In this document: one piece after another, positions 51,472 to 62,360 of the stretch
Position numbering within the stretch: the first letter of the stretch is position 1
Layout: the number at the start of each line of letters is the position of its first letter
Origin: Blastocatellia bacterium
GTDB taxonomy: Bacteria > Acidobacteriota > Blastocatellia > UBA7656
Assembly (NCBI GenBank): GCA_963765495.1
Contig: CAVXWP010000001.1
Location: 960,001-1,024,000, forward strand
Length of the DNA stretch: 64,000 nt
Reading direction: 5' to 3'
Notes under the pieces: model-generated
What the model was told of the DNA's origin: nothing
What the model saw: the letters and a program-made list of their open reading frames with translations, nothing else
Database searches by the model: none
Made by a program: the position numbers and the translations under genes

Positions 51472-53619
51472 CTACATCGCGGCTAGGCGCTCGCGGGCTA
51501 CGTTTGTGTAAGTATCATCGGGAGCGACTTCGACGGCCTTCTGAAAATATGTTTTTGCCTGCTCTTTATCGCCAAGCCGTTCGTAACAGAGCCCGAGACT
51601 TGTATAGGCTTTGGGGTTGCGAGGGTCCTGGCGAATAAGTTGTGTGAGCGGAGAGACGGCCTCCTGATAGCGGCCCATTCTCATGTATGTATCGCCCAGA
51701 TTGTAAAGCATTACGGAGTGTTCCGGCGCGTACTGTTGAGCGATTTGCAGTTGTTCGAGCGCATCCTGAATGCGGCCCTGTCTTGAGAGCAGACCGGCCA
51801 GGTTTATACGCGGCTCAGGGTAGGCGGGGTTGTATTCGAGCGTCTTTCGATATTCCTGCTCGGCAAGATCGTTCTTGCCTTCCTTGTCGTAAGCCCAGCC
51901 CAGATTATACCGGGCTGCGGTGTTGGAAGGCATAATCTCCAACGTCTGGATGAGCGCCTGTCGGGCTTCTTCGAGCCTCCCCTGAGAGGTGTATATCACT
52001 CCGAGGTTATAGTAAGTATTGGCATAGGGCGAGCCGTACTCTATCGCCTTTTGATAAGCCTGCTCGGCCTCGCCAAGTCTGCCCTCCTCGCGATAAATAT
52101 CACCCAGATTTGTAAGCGCGTCGTAATATTTCGGCTCGTCCGCGAGCGCCTGCTGATAATATTTTTCCGCGAAGGCAAAGTTCTTGGCCTGAGCATAATA
52201 CGCTCCGATGTAGTTATGCAGAAACGGAGAGGTCGGGTCCAGCCTCAGAGCGTTATTCGCCATTGCCAGATCGTTTTGCCAGGTGCGGTTTTGATTGAGA
52301 GTAAGACCGAAAAAGATCACGGCGATCAATACGACCGCGACTTGAAATGCTATTTTTTGCCTTGCGCCCAGACGCGCAGCGAGCCATTCGAGCGCAAGCG
52401 CCGCAAGCAGACAGAAGCCTATCGAAGGCAGATACAAATAACGGTCGTGTATGAGTGATTCCTGCTGATTGAATGCCTTCAGATTCAGCACAGGCAGCAT
52501 AAAGAGAATCATAAAGGCCAGCGCCCGCCTCCCCGTTTGAGAGCGGCGCACAAGCCAGACAGTCGCCGCGAGTATCGCTGTCACGGCCAGCAACGAGCCC
52601 CAGAAACGCGGGTCCGACGCTTCGGTCACATAGCCCTGCTTGTATGCGATTGCCAGCGGATAGGGGATGAAAAGAAGCCGCACATAACTGAGCAGAATCG
52701 AAGGGATTGTAAGAAATACGTGAAAAGCCGGGATGATCTCAGCCTTTGGCTCGGTCTTGTCTAAAAAGCCGAGAACCGCAAAGCGCATCCCCAGGTAGAC
52801 GATTACGGCGATCAGGAAAGGAGCCACGCGGCGGATCGTTTTTGTAAGAATGGCTGGGAAGGGCTCCGACTCTGGGCGATCCAACCACTCCCGCACGAGA
52901 AGAAAGACAGGGAAGGCTACGGCGACCTCTTTGCTGAGAAGCGCAAGCATCGCAAGCCCGAGGCTTGCAATCAGCAGATTTTTTCGCTCACCCGCCCCGT
53001 GATAGCAACGCTCATACAGAAGCAGGGAGCCGAGAATAAACAGGGCCGCAAGCGGGTCGGGCAGCCCGGAAATCCAGGCTACCGATTCGCTGTGAATCGG
53101 GTGGAGGCCGAACATCAGCGCCGCCGCCGTAGCAGTTTGCTGCGACATATCCCACCGGCGGGCGAGTCTGTAGACAAGAAACGTGACCGCCAGATGCAAC
53201 AGGATAGAGACCACGTGCCAGCCTACCGTATCGAGCCCAAACAGGTGATATTGAAATATGAGTGCCGCGTTAAAAATCGGACGGTAATAATTGCCTACGG
53301 GTGAGTCTGATCCCGCATTCATAAACTGCCAGACGCTCTGTGTAAACATTCTGGGGATGTTGGAAAGGGTCTGGAGCGTGGGATTCTTCAAGACCTGAAA
53401 TCTGTCGTCATAAGTGAATTCGCCGCCCGTCGAGTTCAAATAAGCGAGAAACGCTACTATAAGCACGCCGCCCACAAGGAGCGCCTCCTGCGTTTTGCCG
53501 TGTGTGAAATCCTTTGTCTTGCTTCGGCGGTTTGCGCGAGCAGATTGACGGTGGGCTTCGGATTCGACCGCAACCGGAGCGTCGGTTGATCGTTTTTTGC
53601 TTCTTTGTGGCTTTGACAT
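51472..53619 (-). CDS. TMTC-like GT-C membrane glycosyltransferase with C-terminal TPRs
   Basis: FTYDD, YYRP, HPIHSESVAWISG, LLSKE, DRYLYLP, multiple TM helices, TPR repeats. Confidence 0.85.
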   Translation of the reverse strand: MSKPQRSKKRSTDAPVAVESEAHRQSARANRRSKTKDFTHGKTQEALLVGGVLIVAFLAYLNSTGGEFTYDDRFQVLKNPTLQTLSNIPRMFTQSVWQFMNAGSDSPVGNYYRPIFNAALIFQYHLFGLDTVGWHVVSILLHLAVTFLVYRLARRWDMSQQTATAAALMFGLHPIHSESVAWISGLPDPLAALFILGSLLLYERCYHGAGERKNLLIASLGLAMLALLSKEVAVAFPVFLLVREWLDRPESEPFPAILTKTIRRVAPFLIAVIVYLGMRFAVLGFLDKTEPKAEIIPAFHVFLTIPSILLSYVRLLFIPYPLAIAYKQGYVTEASDPRFWGSLLAVTAILAATVWLVRRSQTGRRALAFMILFMLPVLNLKAFNQQESLIHDRYLYLPSIGFCLLAALALEWLAARLGARQKIAFQVAVVLIAVIFFGLTLNQNRTWQNDLAMANNALRLDPTSPFLHNYIGAYYAQAKNFAFAEKYYQQALADEPKYYDALTNLGDIYREEGRLGEAEQAYQKAIEYGSPYANTYYNLGVIYTSQGRLEEARQALIQTLEIMPSNTAARYNLGWAYDKEGKNDLAEQEYRKTLEYNPAYPEPRINLAGLLSRQGRIQDALEQLQIAQQYAPEHSVMLYNLGDTYMRMGRYQEAVSPLTQLIRQDPRNPKAYTSLGLCYERLGDKEQAKTYFQKAVEVAPDDTYTNVARERLAAM

Positions 53620-53712
53620 AACGCTGTCACCCTGCTTGAATTTTGGCAAACATTATACGCTAACGCTTCGTAGTGCAAGTTGTACTTCGACTTTATACAG
53701 TTAAATAAATCT

Positions 53713-54957
53713 ATGAGATACATTTATTCTTTCTATACTGACGCGGCAAAGATAGCCCTGCAATCCATCTTTGCCCACAAGTTGCGCGCCTTTTTGACCC
53801 TTATCGGAATCATAATCGGCGTCGCATCGGTCGTGGTTGTCGGCGCTTCGATTGACGGGCTGAACACTTATGTGGTTGACAAGATATCGAAGATACTCGG
53901 GGTCAACCACTTCATGATAGCCCGCATCGCCCACGTCGGAGAGATGAACGAAGAAGACTGGGAGAAGATGCAGAAGCGCAACAAACGGCTCGAATGGGAA
54001 GATTTCGAGTGGATGCTTGCGCACTGCACCGATTGCAAAGAGGTCGGGGCGCAGGTCATGGGCAGCGAGGACCTCAATCAGGACGGGCAGGAACTTTACG
54101 GCACTCAGATTCAGGGCGTCACGGCCAACATGGCTGACATAGAGGACAAGACCATAGGAGAGGGCAGATTTGTGCTTCCGCACGAGGTAGAAAACGCCGC
54201 TCCGGTCGTCGTGATAGGGTCGGATATACAGGATAAGTTCTTTCCCGGAACTGACCCCATCGGCAAAGAGATAAAGATCGGCGGGTTGCCCATGCGCATT
54301 ATCGGAGTCGAAGAGAAGCGCGGCTCGATGTTTGGCCAGTCGCTCGACAACAACGCTTATATACCGATCACTACCTACCGCAGAATTTACGGGTTCCGCC
54401 AGAGCCTGCAACTTCACGGCAAGGCATACAGCCGCGATGGATTTCAGCCTACAATCGAACAGGCGCGCATGATCATGCGCAACCGTCACAAGCTGAAGGG
54501 CGATGCCGAAGACGATTTCGGACTGGTCAATGTCGAAGAGGTCAATAATCAGATAGACCAGTTTACGGGGGCCATCGCTATGGTTGTCACTCCTATCACG
54601 CTGATCTCGTTACTCGTAGGTGGAATCGTCGTGATGAACATAATGCTTGTGAGCGTAACCGAGCGCACGTTCGAGATAGGGCTCAGGAAGGCTGTAGGCG
54701 CAAAGCGAAGCCATATAATGCTGCAATTTCTTATCGAGTCGTCGCTTCTTTCCGCCTTTGGCGGCGTTTTAGGCTTACTGCTTGCCGCCGGTGTCTCGTC
54801 GCTGATTTCGGCTACTACTCCAATACCGATGACGATCACGCTCACATACATGGTGCTGTCGCTTGCGGTCTCAGGCGGGATAGGGGTGATCTTTGGAATC
54901 TATCCGGCATTCAAGGCTGCGCGGCTCGACCCCATCGTGGCTTTGACCAAGAATTGA
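53713..54957 (+). CDS. MacB-type ABC transporter permease
   Basis: [51 protein letters not shown]. Confidence 0.93.
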   Translation: MRYIYSFYTDAAKIALQSIFAHKLRAFLTLIGIIIGVASVVVVGASIDGLNTYVVDKISKILGVNHFMIARIAHVGEMNEEDWEKMQKRNKRLEWEDFEWMLAHCTDCKEVGAQVMGSEDLNQDGQELYGTQIQGVTANMADIEDKTIGEGRFVLPHEVENAAPVVVIGSDIQDKFFPGTDPIGKEIKIGGLPMRIIGVEEKRGSMFGQSLDNNAYIPITTYRRIYGFRQSLQLHGKAYSRDGFQPTIEQARMIMRNRHKLKGDAEDDFGLVNVEEVNNQIDQFTGAIAMVVTPITLISLLVGGIVVMNIMLVSVTERTFEIGLRKAVGAKRSHIMLQFLIESSLLSAFGGVLGLLLAAGVSSLISATTPIPMTITLTYMVLSLAVSGGIGVIFGIYPAFKAARLDPIVALTKN

Positions 54958-56225
54958 AGGTGAACTCTGTGAAGCTGCAATCATTCTTTCCAGTTGAAAC
55001 GCTCAAGATGGCGCTCGATAACGTCAGGGCGCATAAATTCAGAAGCTTTCTGACCGTGCTCGGCATAGTCATAGGCGTGGTGACGGTCATCGCGATAAGC
55101 TCTATCCTGACCGGATTGCGCGCCAATATGGTGAATCTGATAGAAGAGTACGGGACGAGCAACATCTATGCCTTTCACCTGACGACGGGGCCGCAGATGG
55201 GGCCGCGCGACCGCTCGGAGTGGAACAGAAAACCGCTCAAGCCCGAAGACGGCGAGGCCATTTTACAACAGGCCACGGCGGTCGAAGACGTGGCGAGCGA
55301 CGCTTTTACCGAATGGCGTCAGGATAAGACGATCACCTACAAGGGGCAAAACTACAAGCGCGGAAATGTGGAAGGCGTCACGGCCAACTACGGAATGATA
55401 ACCAACATAGTGATGTCAGAGGGCCGCTTCATAAACGAGATTGACGACCAGCACCGCCGCGACGTGATGGTGATAGGCGTCAACGTAGCCGAATCGCTCT
55501 TTCCTCATCAGGTACAGATCACAGGTATCAAGGTGATTATGTGGGGCAGGGAATTCGAGATAATCGGCGTGCTTGACAAGCGCAAGGGCAGCTTCTTTGG
55601 CGAAAACGAAGAAGACAATGCCGTCTTTATACCTTTCAGGACGGCCCGAAAGCTTTCGCCCGCAAGCGAGTTTATGATGCTGATCATCAAGGCGAAAAGC
55701 GGCCAGTTGCAAAAGGCCCTGAACGAAGTGGAATCGATACTGCGCCGCCAGCGCGGAGTGAAATTCAGCGATCCGAACAATTTCGACCTCTCTACAGCCG
55801 ACCGCTTTATCCAACAATTCGACTCCATCACGGGGGCAATCGGACTCATAGCCATCGCCATCTCAAGCGTAGGGCTGCTTGTGGGCGGCATAGGCGTGAT
55901 GAACATAATGCTTGTGAGCGTCACCGAACGCACAGCGGAAATAGGCATCCGCAAGGCAATCGGCGCGCGCCGCAGAGATATAGTCAACCAGTTCCTGTTT
56001 GAAGCGATGACGCTGACTTTTTTAGGCGGCTTGCTTGGCGTAGTGCTGGCTATAGGGATCAGCCGGTTAATAATGCTGCTCGTTCCATCCCTGCCCGCCT
56101 CGGTGCCGTTGTGGGCGGTCGTTACCGGGCTTACGGTTTCGATAGCCATCGGACTTATATTCGGCGTCTGGCCCGCTCGCAAGGCTTCCCGCCTCGATCC
56201 CATCGAGTGCCTCCGCTACGAGTAG
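54954..56225 (+). CDS. MacB-type ABC transporter permease
   Basis: [45 protein letters not shown]. Start uncertain. Confidence 0.93.
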   Translation: MKVNSVKLQSFFPVETLKMALDNVRAHKFRSFLTVLGIVIGVVTVIAISSILTGLRANMVNLIEEYGTSNIYAFHLTTGPQMGPRDRSEWNRKPLKPEDGEAILQQATAVEDVASDAFTEWRQDKTITYKGQNYKRGNVEGVTANYGMITNIVMSEGRFINEIDDQHRRDVMVIGVNVAESLFPHQVQITGIKVIMWGREFEIIGVLDKRKGSFFGENEEDNAVFIPFRTARKLSPASEFMMLIIKAKSGQLQKALNEVESILRRQRGVKFSDPNNFDLSTADRFIQQFDSITGAIGLIAIAISSVGLLVGGIGVMNIMLVSVTERTAEIGIRKAIGARRRDIVNQFLFEAMTLTFLGGLLGVVLAIGISRLIMLLVPSLPASVPLWAVVTGLTVSIAIGLIFGVWPARKASRLDPIECLRYE

Positions 56226-56299
56226 TGATGCGTGATGCGTGATTTTCAAGCAGGCCGCTTGCTAAAGATGGCTTGCAAGCCGGGTAAATCACGAATCAC
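56225..56299 (+). repeat. family 1 element, copy F
   Basis: (GTGATGC)2-GTGAT, 44-bp core, ATCACGA-ATCAC. Confidence 0.85.
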
Positions 56300-56375
56300 T
56301 CTTTGCGTGACCGCATCACTTAAGTTTTATTCGTTCCCGCCTCTTTGATAGACTGTAGCCTCTGGAGGGAAACGG

Positions 56376-57956
56376 ATGGCTATTTCTGAAGATAAGATCG
56401 AACAAGAAGAAATCACTGACGGCTTATCGCGACTGGAAGAGAAGAACTCGGCTGCGTTTCTAGGCGGCGGAAGCGCCCGCATCGAACGCCAGCACGCCAC
56501 GGGGAAGATGACCGCCCGCGAGCGCATAGAGTTTCTGCTCGATGAAGGCACGTTCGAAGAATTTGACCGTCTCAAAAAACATCGCTGTCTCGATTTTGGC
56601 ATGCAGGAACAGCAGTATCCGGGCGACGGCGTTGTTGCCGGGCACGGCCTCATAGACGGACGCCGCGTCTTTGTCTTCGCGCAGGATTTCACCGTCTTCG
56701 GGGGATCGCTTTCGGAAACAAACGCCGAAAAGATTTGCAAGATCATGGATATGGCTATGAAGGTCGGCGCTCCTGTGATAGGGCTAAACGATTCAGGCGG
56801 CGCTCGCATACAGGAAGGCGTTCAGTCGCTCGGCGGATACGCCGATATTTTTCTGAGAAACACTCTGGCTTCGGGCGTGGTGCCGCAAATATCGGCGATT
56901 ATGGGGCCCTGCGCCGGAGGGGCCGTCTATTCGCCCGCCATCACGGATTTCAATATCATGGTCAAAAATACATCATACATGTTCATCACCGGGCCTGACG
57001 TGATAAAGACCGTGACGCACGAAGAAGTGACTAAAGAAGAGCTTGGCGGCGCGATGACGCACAACTCGGTGTCTGGCGTGGCGCATTTTGCCGCCGATAC
57101 GGATGAGGATTGCCTGCGCTTGATTCGCGAATTGCTCTCCTTCATACCGTCAAATAATCTGGATGATCCGCCGCGTCTTCGCCCAGGCGACCCCTCCGAC
57201 CGCGCCGATGAAAGATTGAACTCGATTGTGCCTGAATCTTCCAACCTCCCATACGATATACGCGACATCATTCATCTGGTAGTTGATGACGGGTATCTGT
57301 TCGAAATCCACGAGCATTATGCCCGGAACATAGTGGTGGGATTTGCGCGTCTTGCGGGCCGCACCATTGGCATTGTGGCCAATCAGCCCGCATATCTCGC
57401 GGGCGTGCTCGATATTGACGCTTCGATAAAGGCGGCGCGATTCGTGCGATTCTGTGATTGTTTCAATATCCCGCTCATAACGTTCGAAGATGTGCCTGGC
57501 TTTCTACCTGGAGTTCAGCAGGAGCACGGCGGCATTATCCGGCACGGCGCGAAACTCTTATTTGCCTTTGCCGAAGCCACCGTTCCAAAGATCACCGTGA
57601 TTACACGCAAGGCCTACGGCGGCGCGTATTGCGTCATGGCAAGCAAGCATATACGAGCCGATATCAATTTTGCCTACCCCACGGCCGAGATCGCCGTCAT
57701 GGGCGCTGAAGGCGCAGTAGACATACTCTATCGCAGAGAGATAGCCGAGGCTTCCGACCCCGCGAAGGAAGCGAAACGCCGTGCCGATGAGTTCCGCGAG
57801 AAGTTTGCCTCTCCTTACGTAGCGGCCGAGCGCGGATTTGTTGATGAGGTGATCGAGCCAAGATGGACCCGGCCCAAACTGATTCGCGCGCTTGAATTGC
57901 TCGAAACCAAACGCGATCAGAATCCGCCCAAAAAGCACGGAAATATACCGCTCTAA
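56376..57956 (+). CDS. pccB: acyl-CoA (propionyl-CoA type) carboxylase, carboxyltransferase beta subunit
   Basis: [47 protein letters not shown]. Confidence 0.92.
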   Translation: MAISEDKIEQEEITDGLSRLEEKNSAAFLGGGSARIERQHATGKMTARERIEFLLDEGTFEEFDRLKKHRCLDFGMQEQQYPGDGVVAGHGLIDGRRVFVFAQDFTVFGGSLSETNAEKICKIMDMAMKVGAPVIGLNDSGGARIQEGVQSLGGYADIFLRNTLASGVVPQISAIMGPCAGGAVYSPAITDFNIMVKNTSYMFITGPDVIKTVTHEEVTKEELGGAMTHNSVSGVAHFAADTDEDCLRLIRELLSFIPSNNLDDPPRLRPGDPSDRADERLNSIVPESSNLPYDIRDIIHLVVDDGYLFEIHEHYARNIVVGFARLAGRTIGIVANQPAYLAGVLDIDASIKAARFVRFCDCFNIPLITFEDVPGFLPGVQQEHGGIIRHGAKLLFAFAEATVPKITVITRKAYGGAYCVMASKHIRADINFAYPTAEIAVMGAEGAVDILYRREIAEASDPAKEAKRRADEFREKFASPYVAAERGFVDEVIEPRWTRPKLIRALELLETKRDQNPPKKHGNIPL

Positions 57957-58009
57957 GCGCGACACGGGGACACAGCGATTATGATCGCGTTCCATCTTGT
58001 GCTTGAGAA

Positions 58010-58402
58010 TCATCTGCCTTCGGCGAGCCTGTCGGGGAGCACAAATACCCTTTTTGCCGTCTCCGACTGGAGCGTGCCGTCGAGGTAGTAGGATTTCAGT
58101 ATCCCGTCTTTCCACTTCAGAAGATCGGGGTTGTTTCGGGCGAACTCCTCCCAAAGCGTCTCTCCCCCACGAAGGGCGCGCTCGTGGATCAGAAATATGT
58201 AGGCCCAGGTGATCGTTTCGTGATAGAGATCGGGTTTCCCGTGCGCGGTCGCAAATCGCTTCAGCGCTTCGGGAAATCTTGCAAGCACTTCTGCGAGCGT
58301 ATACCTGCGCAGATACAACCAGACCAGCCTGACATGGTCTGCGTGATGGAAGCTTTCGAGAGTTATATTCTCGAATCGTTCGATGATCTCTTCGTCTCGC
58401 AT
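58010..58402 (-). CDS. conserved-looking hypothetical protein with His motifs
   Basis: FHHADH, YHETIT, FVLPD. ATG 58402 after GAGGTG. Confidence 0.75.
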   Translation of the reverse strand: MRDEEIIERFENITLESFHHADHVRLVWLYLRRYTLAEVLARFPEALKRFATAHGKPDLYHETITWAYIFLIHERALRGGETLWEEFARNNPDLLKWKDGILKSYYLDGTLQSETAKRVFVLPDRLAEGR

Positions 58403-58430
58403 CGTTATCACCTCTGTCTTTATTCACTCC

Positions 58431-58470
58431 AAAAGAAAAACCGCTCACGCGATCAACTCGCGTGAGCGGT
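58431..58470 (-). terminator. intrinsic terminator in the leader of the 58402 gene
   Basis: 13-bp perfect stem ACCGCTCACGCGA/TCGCGTGAGCGGT, 5-nt loop, then TTTTCTTTT on the minus strand. Confidence 0.8.
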
Positions 58471-58487
58471 CATTATTTGATGCTCTA

Positions 58488-58516
58488 AGTATATCAGCGC
58501 GATAACGAGATTTCAA
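58488..58516 (-). promoter_or_regulatory. sigma70 promoter
   Basis: TTGAAA-N17-TATACT on the minus strand. Confidence 0.7.
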
Positions 58517-58645
58517 CAATGATTCCGAGCCTCTATTTCTCCGCGTCCCGCGTCTCTGCCTCTCCGTCTCTCTTGTCGCTCTCGGCCTCAAGTTGAGTTT
58601 GGAGCCGATTCGTGATGTAATCTAGCGACCGCAGGAGAGACAATT

Positions 58646-59176
58646 ATGAAAGAATGCCCAAGCTGTCAACGTTCTTACCCGGATGCAAATCGCTTCTGCC
58701 CGGTTGATGGAATCTCGCTTGTAGAATCCGCAAAAAGAGCCGGAGAATCCGAACTGGAAAAGAGGCAAAGGAATATACCGGCACCACCGGAGCCGCTTCC
58801 CATGCGATTGACGATCATAGATCAGGAAAATGAAGGACATCGCTCTCGCGTCATTCAAGGGCTGGTGCTCGATACCGGGCAGCAGGGAATGCGCATTCAG
58901 ACCGGCACAATCGAAACGGGCCATTTGAATATCATCCGCGACCACACGATAGCGTTCAAGAATAAACTCGAAATCGAGGTCGATTTGCCGACAGGCACCG
59001 TAAAATGCACAGGCTTTGCCGCCTGGTATAAACCGGTGGGCGACGGAATAAACTGGGTCGCCGGTATTTACATACGCGATATGCCTGCCAGTGACAGGCG
59101 CATTTATGACGAGTATTTGCAGGAGCTTTCTAAGATGGCCGAATCCGAAGGCGCTGTCGCCGAATCGAATGCCTGA
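58646..59176 (+). CDS. zinc-ribbon plus PilZ-like hypothetical protein
   Basis: CPSC...FCPVDG ribbon, beta-barrel-like C-terminus (LDTGQQGMRI...GIYI). SD AGGAG. Confidence 0.6.
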   Translation: MKECPSCQRSYPDANRFCPVDGISLVESAKRAGESELEKRQRNIPAPPEPLPMRLTIIDQENEGHRSRVIQGLVLDTGQQGMRIQTGTIETGHLNIIRDHTIAFKNKLEIEVDLPTGTVKCTGFAAWYKPVGDGINWVAGIYIRDMPASDRRIYDEYLQELSKMAESEGAVAESNA

Positions 59177-59349
59177 CAGAAAGGGCTTTTTCCGTATGAG
59201 TAGAGGCGAACTCGACAGCCACCGATGCCAGTCGTTATCATGAACATGAGCAAAAACCGAAAAAGCATTCGATAGAACTGTCAGCCGTAAGCGGGGCGTG
59301 TCGTCCGTGAAGGCGTTTTGAAATCATCCGAATGGGAGGTAGTGACAAT

Positions 59350-59883
59350 ATGAGCGACCAGCGCAACTGGCTTGAGCGCCTCGGAGACAAGATACCCGGC
59401 TATAGCGGATACGTGGACCGCGAGCGAAGACGCGACATCGACAAACTGCACCGCGAGCATCTGGCCGACCGTTTGCGCTCGCTAAAGGCTCCGCTTACGG
59501 ACCTCCTGCGCGAGTTGAGCAACGGCGGGCGATTGTTTGAAGTCGGCCCCGTCGATCTGGCCATAAAGAAACTCGATAAGCTTGAAAACCGCGTGCGGTT
59601 TGCCAGCTACGGCTACGGCGGTTTCTTTGATGTTGTAAAGATCGAGCAACCGCAACTGGATGCCATATACCAGTTCGATCTGGCGCTGGTCGAACGAGTC
59701 GATACGCTCGAAGCACAAGTGCGCGAGTTGCAGTCGAAGGCCGACACGGGCGAAGGTCTCAAGAAGGGAAGCTCTGAGGTGGCCGCCACGCTTGACGCGA
59801 TTGACCGCTCGTTTGAAGAGCGCTATCAGGCCATAAATAATTTTGGCCAGAGTCAGCCGCCCGGACGCCCGTTGTTTACGTGA
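59350..59883 (+). CDS. helical hypothetical protein
   Basis: ATG after GGAGG, KIPGYSGY..RERRRDIDK and YGYGGFFD motifs. Confidence 0.8.
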   Translation: MSDQRNWLERLGDKIPGYSGYVDRERRRDIDKLHREHLADRLRSLKAPLTDLLRELSNGGRLFEVGPVDLAIKKLDKLENRVRFASYGYGGFFDVVKIEQPQLDAIYQFDLALVERVDTLEAQVRELQSKADTGEGLKKGSSEVAATLDAIDRSFEERYQAINNFGQSQPPGRPLFT

Positions 59884-59888
59884 GCCGG

Positions 59889-59956
59889 GATGCGTGATAG
59901 CCAGATAAATGGCGGTTGACTGTGAATTATCAAACTCACGCATCACGTATCACGCA
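59889..59956 (+). repeat. family 1-type heptamer arms with an unrelated core
   Basis: GATGCGTGAT...TCACGCATCACGTATCACGCA. Confidence 0.6.
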
Positions 59957-59985
59957 CTGGACACGTACCACGCATTAGAATTGAT

Positions 59986-61194
59986 ATGGAACAAAGTTGC
60001 ACAAACTGTGGCGCGGCTTTGATTGGTGGGCAGCGATTCTGCCGTTTTTGCGGCGCGCCTACCGATCAATTTCCCGAAGATAATGTTCCCACGGAGATGA
60101 TGCCGCCGATTGTTGATCCGGGCGCGCGCCCGCGTGGTGCGACCAACACGGCTCCGCCTTCAAGCCCTGGAACCAGTCCGATCTATAATCCGCCGCCGCT
60201 TCCTTATCAGCCGCCTAAATACAGATACCCGATGCCTCCCTATTCGCCCGGGCACAGAAGCGGGCCGCCCTGGGGCTGGATAATCGCCCTGCTGGCGATA
60301 GGAAGCATAGGCGCTATGGTACTGGGGATATTTCTATTTGCCGCCACGTCTCGCCACAGGGGTGATACGCGCAGACCTCAGGATCCGCCTGAGATTCGTT
60401 CGGGCGAAGCCACAGTGGGCCAGGGAGAGAGCGAATTTACAAAAACATATACGCTCGGCAACAACGCCAAAGTCTCCATCGAGAATGTGAACGGAAACAT
60501 AAGCATCGAAGGAACGGATGAAGATCAGGCCGAGGTGAAGATTACAAAACGCGGCGGCTCATCCAGTGATCGCAAGAACCTTGAAATAGCCGTCGTAAAT
60601 GAGGGTGGCAACCTCTCGCTCAGAACCGTGCCCACAAGCAACGTTCAGGTCGATTACGAGATCAAGCTGCCTCACAAACAGCTTAAGTTAGAGATCAACT
60701 CGATATCCTCGAATGTTCGATTATCCGATCTCGAAGCCAGAGTCAACGTGAAGACTCAGCAGGGGACGGTAGAGATGAGTGATGTCAAAGGCGATGTCTC
60801 GGTCGAAAATACCAGCGGTTCTATAAAGCTGTCGGATATTCAGGGCGAGGTCTCGGCTAACTCCAAGAGCGGCTCGATAGAGCTTTCGGATATAAACGGG
60901 GCGGCCAGCGCAAATACCGTGAGCGGCACCACAAAGGTCAGCTTTGCCGATGTGACCAGGGGCAAAGATTTGGAGTTCAACACCGTGAGCGGCTCGATAG
61001 AGATCGAGTTGCCCTCTGAGATAAACGCCGACTTCAGCGCCAGAACCGTGTCGGGCCGAATCGATGTTGATGAAGAGTTGGGAATCAACGTGGAGAAACA
61101 GATGGTCGGCCAGCAAGCCAGCGGAAAGCTGGGCGCAGGCGGGCCGCGCTTTTCAGTCAAGTCAGTGTCCGGCAATATAAAGATCAGCAGATAG
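59986..61194 (+). CDS. zinc ribbon-TM-DUF4097 (toast-rack) protein
   Basis: CTNCG...FCRFCG, Pro-rich linker, one TM helix, repeated [NK]T.SG.I beta repeats. Confidence 0.85.
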   Translation: MEQSCTNCGAALIGGQRFCRFCGAPTDQFPEDNVPTEMMPPIVDPGARPRGATNTAPPSSPGTSPIYNPPPLPYQPPKYRYPMPPYSPGHRSGPPWGWIIALLAIGSIGAMVLGIFLFAATSRHRGDTRRPQDPPEIRSGEATVGQGESEFTKTYTLGNNAKVSIENVNGNISIEGTDEDQAEVKITKRGGSSSDRKNLEIAVVNEGGNLSLRTVPTSNVQVDYEIKLPHKQLKLEINSISSNVRLSDLEARVNVKTQQGTVEMSDVKGDVSVENTSGSIKLSDIQGEVSANSKSGSIELSDINGAASANTVSGTTKVSFADVTRGKDLEFNTVSGSIEIELPSEINADFSARTVSGRIDVDEELGINVEKQMVGQQASGKLGAGGPRFSVKSVSGNIKISR

Positions 61195-61225
61195 CCCGAA
61201 GGGCATCAACCAAGGAGAGCAAAGA

Positions 61226-62350
61226 ATGGCTATAGAAGTCTTACAATATTTCGATTCTACAGGCACAGAGATAGTTCATCGCATACCGGAGGCCGGCGCG
61301 ACCGACATAAAGATGGGCGCGCAGTTGATAGTTCAAGAGAATCAATCTGCGGTCTTCTTTCGCGACGGCAAGGCGCTCGACACTTTCGGCCCCGGCCGCC
61401 ACACACTCACAACGATGAATATCCCCCTGCTCACTCGTTTGCTTTCGATCCCCTTCGGCGGCACCTCTCCGTTTCAGGCATCCGTCATGTATGTCGCCCG
61501 CCATACGTTTCAGGATTTGAAGTGGGGCACGAAAGAGCCTATCGCCTTCCGCGATACCGAGCTTCGCATGGTGCGATTGCGCGCTTTTGGAAAATATTCT
61601 CTGCGAGTAGTCGATCCGCAATTGTTCGTAGGCTCGATAGTCGGCACGCGCGGCATAGTCTCTACGGAAGCCATAGGTTCTTACCTGAGAGACATAATCG
61701 TAAGCCGTCTGAACGATCTGCTCGGTGAAAACCTCAAGACCATCTTCGATCTTCCGGCCTACTACGACGAGCTGGCAGCGGGCGTAAAGGGTCGCGTGGC
61801 CGAAGACTTCAGCCGTCAGGGGCTGGAGCTTGTGGATATGCTCATCTCTGCCATCACGCCGCCCGAAGAGGTGCAGAAGATGATTGACGAGCGTTCGGGG
61901 ATGGGCGCGATAGGCGATATGCAGGCTTATATGCAATTCAAGGCCGCGCAGTCCATGCAAGATGCGGCCAAACAGCCGGGCGGCGCTGCCGGTCAGGGCA
62001 TGGGCCTGGGGCTTGGCCTCGGTTACGGCCAGATGATGGCCGGGGCCGTAAGCGGTCAGGGCGGGCAAGCGGCTCAAGGTGGAGGCGCGGCTCAGGCGCA
62101 GACCTCTCCTTGTCCGAAATGCAGTACTCAAAATCCAGTGGGTACGAAATTCTGTTCGAACTGCGGCACTGCCCTGCAAGCCCCGCAAGCGGCTACGGTA
62201 GAGTGCCCGAATTGCCACGGGCAGGTTCAGGCCGGTTCGAAATTCTGTAACAACTGTGGACAATCCATGCAGCCTCAACCATGCAAGAATTGCCAGAACC
62301 CTGTGCCCCCCGGCTCAAAGTTTTGCGCCAATTGCGGCACGCAGGTTTGA
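61226..62350 (+). CDS. SPFH/band-7 (YdjI-like) protein with three zinc ribbons
   Basis: [33 protein letters not shown], three CxxC..KFCxxCG units. Confidence 0.9.
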   Translation: MAIEVLQYFDSTGTEIVHRIPEAGATDIKMGAQLIVQENQSAVFFRDGKALDTFGPGRHTLTTMNIPLLTRLLSIPFGGTSPFQASVMYVARHTFQDLKWGTKEPIAFRDTELRMVRLRAFGKYSLRVVDPQLFVGSIVGTRGIVSTEAIGSYLRDIIVSRLNDLLGENLKTIFDLPAYYDELAAGVKGRVAEDFSRQGLELVDMLISAITPPEEVQKMIDERSGMGAIGDMQAYMQFKAAQSMQDAAKQPGGAAGQGMGLGLGLGYGQMMAGAVSGQGGQAAQGGGAAQAQTSPCPKCSTQNPVGTKFCSNCGTALQAPQAATVECPNCHGQVQAGSKFCNNCGQSMQPQPCKNCQNPVPPGSKFCANCGTQV

Positions 62351-62360
62351 TGAGGTGACT

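Noticed and set aside
57957-58585. Purine-rich and pyrimidine-rich repeats flanking the 58010 gene as possible element ends
   Set aside because: Complementarity is too degenerate to distinguish from low-complexity sequence.
59196-59340. AGAGGCG leader resembling a lysine riboswitch start, and a possible ECF promoter
   Set aside because: The remaining aptamer elements and terminator are absent, and the promoter match is weak.
61241-62278. 345-aa - strand ORF
   Set aside because: Antisense shadow of the SPFH gene.
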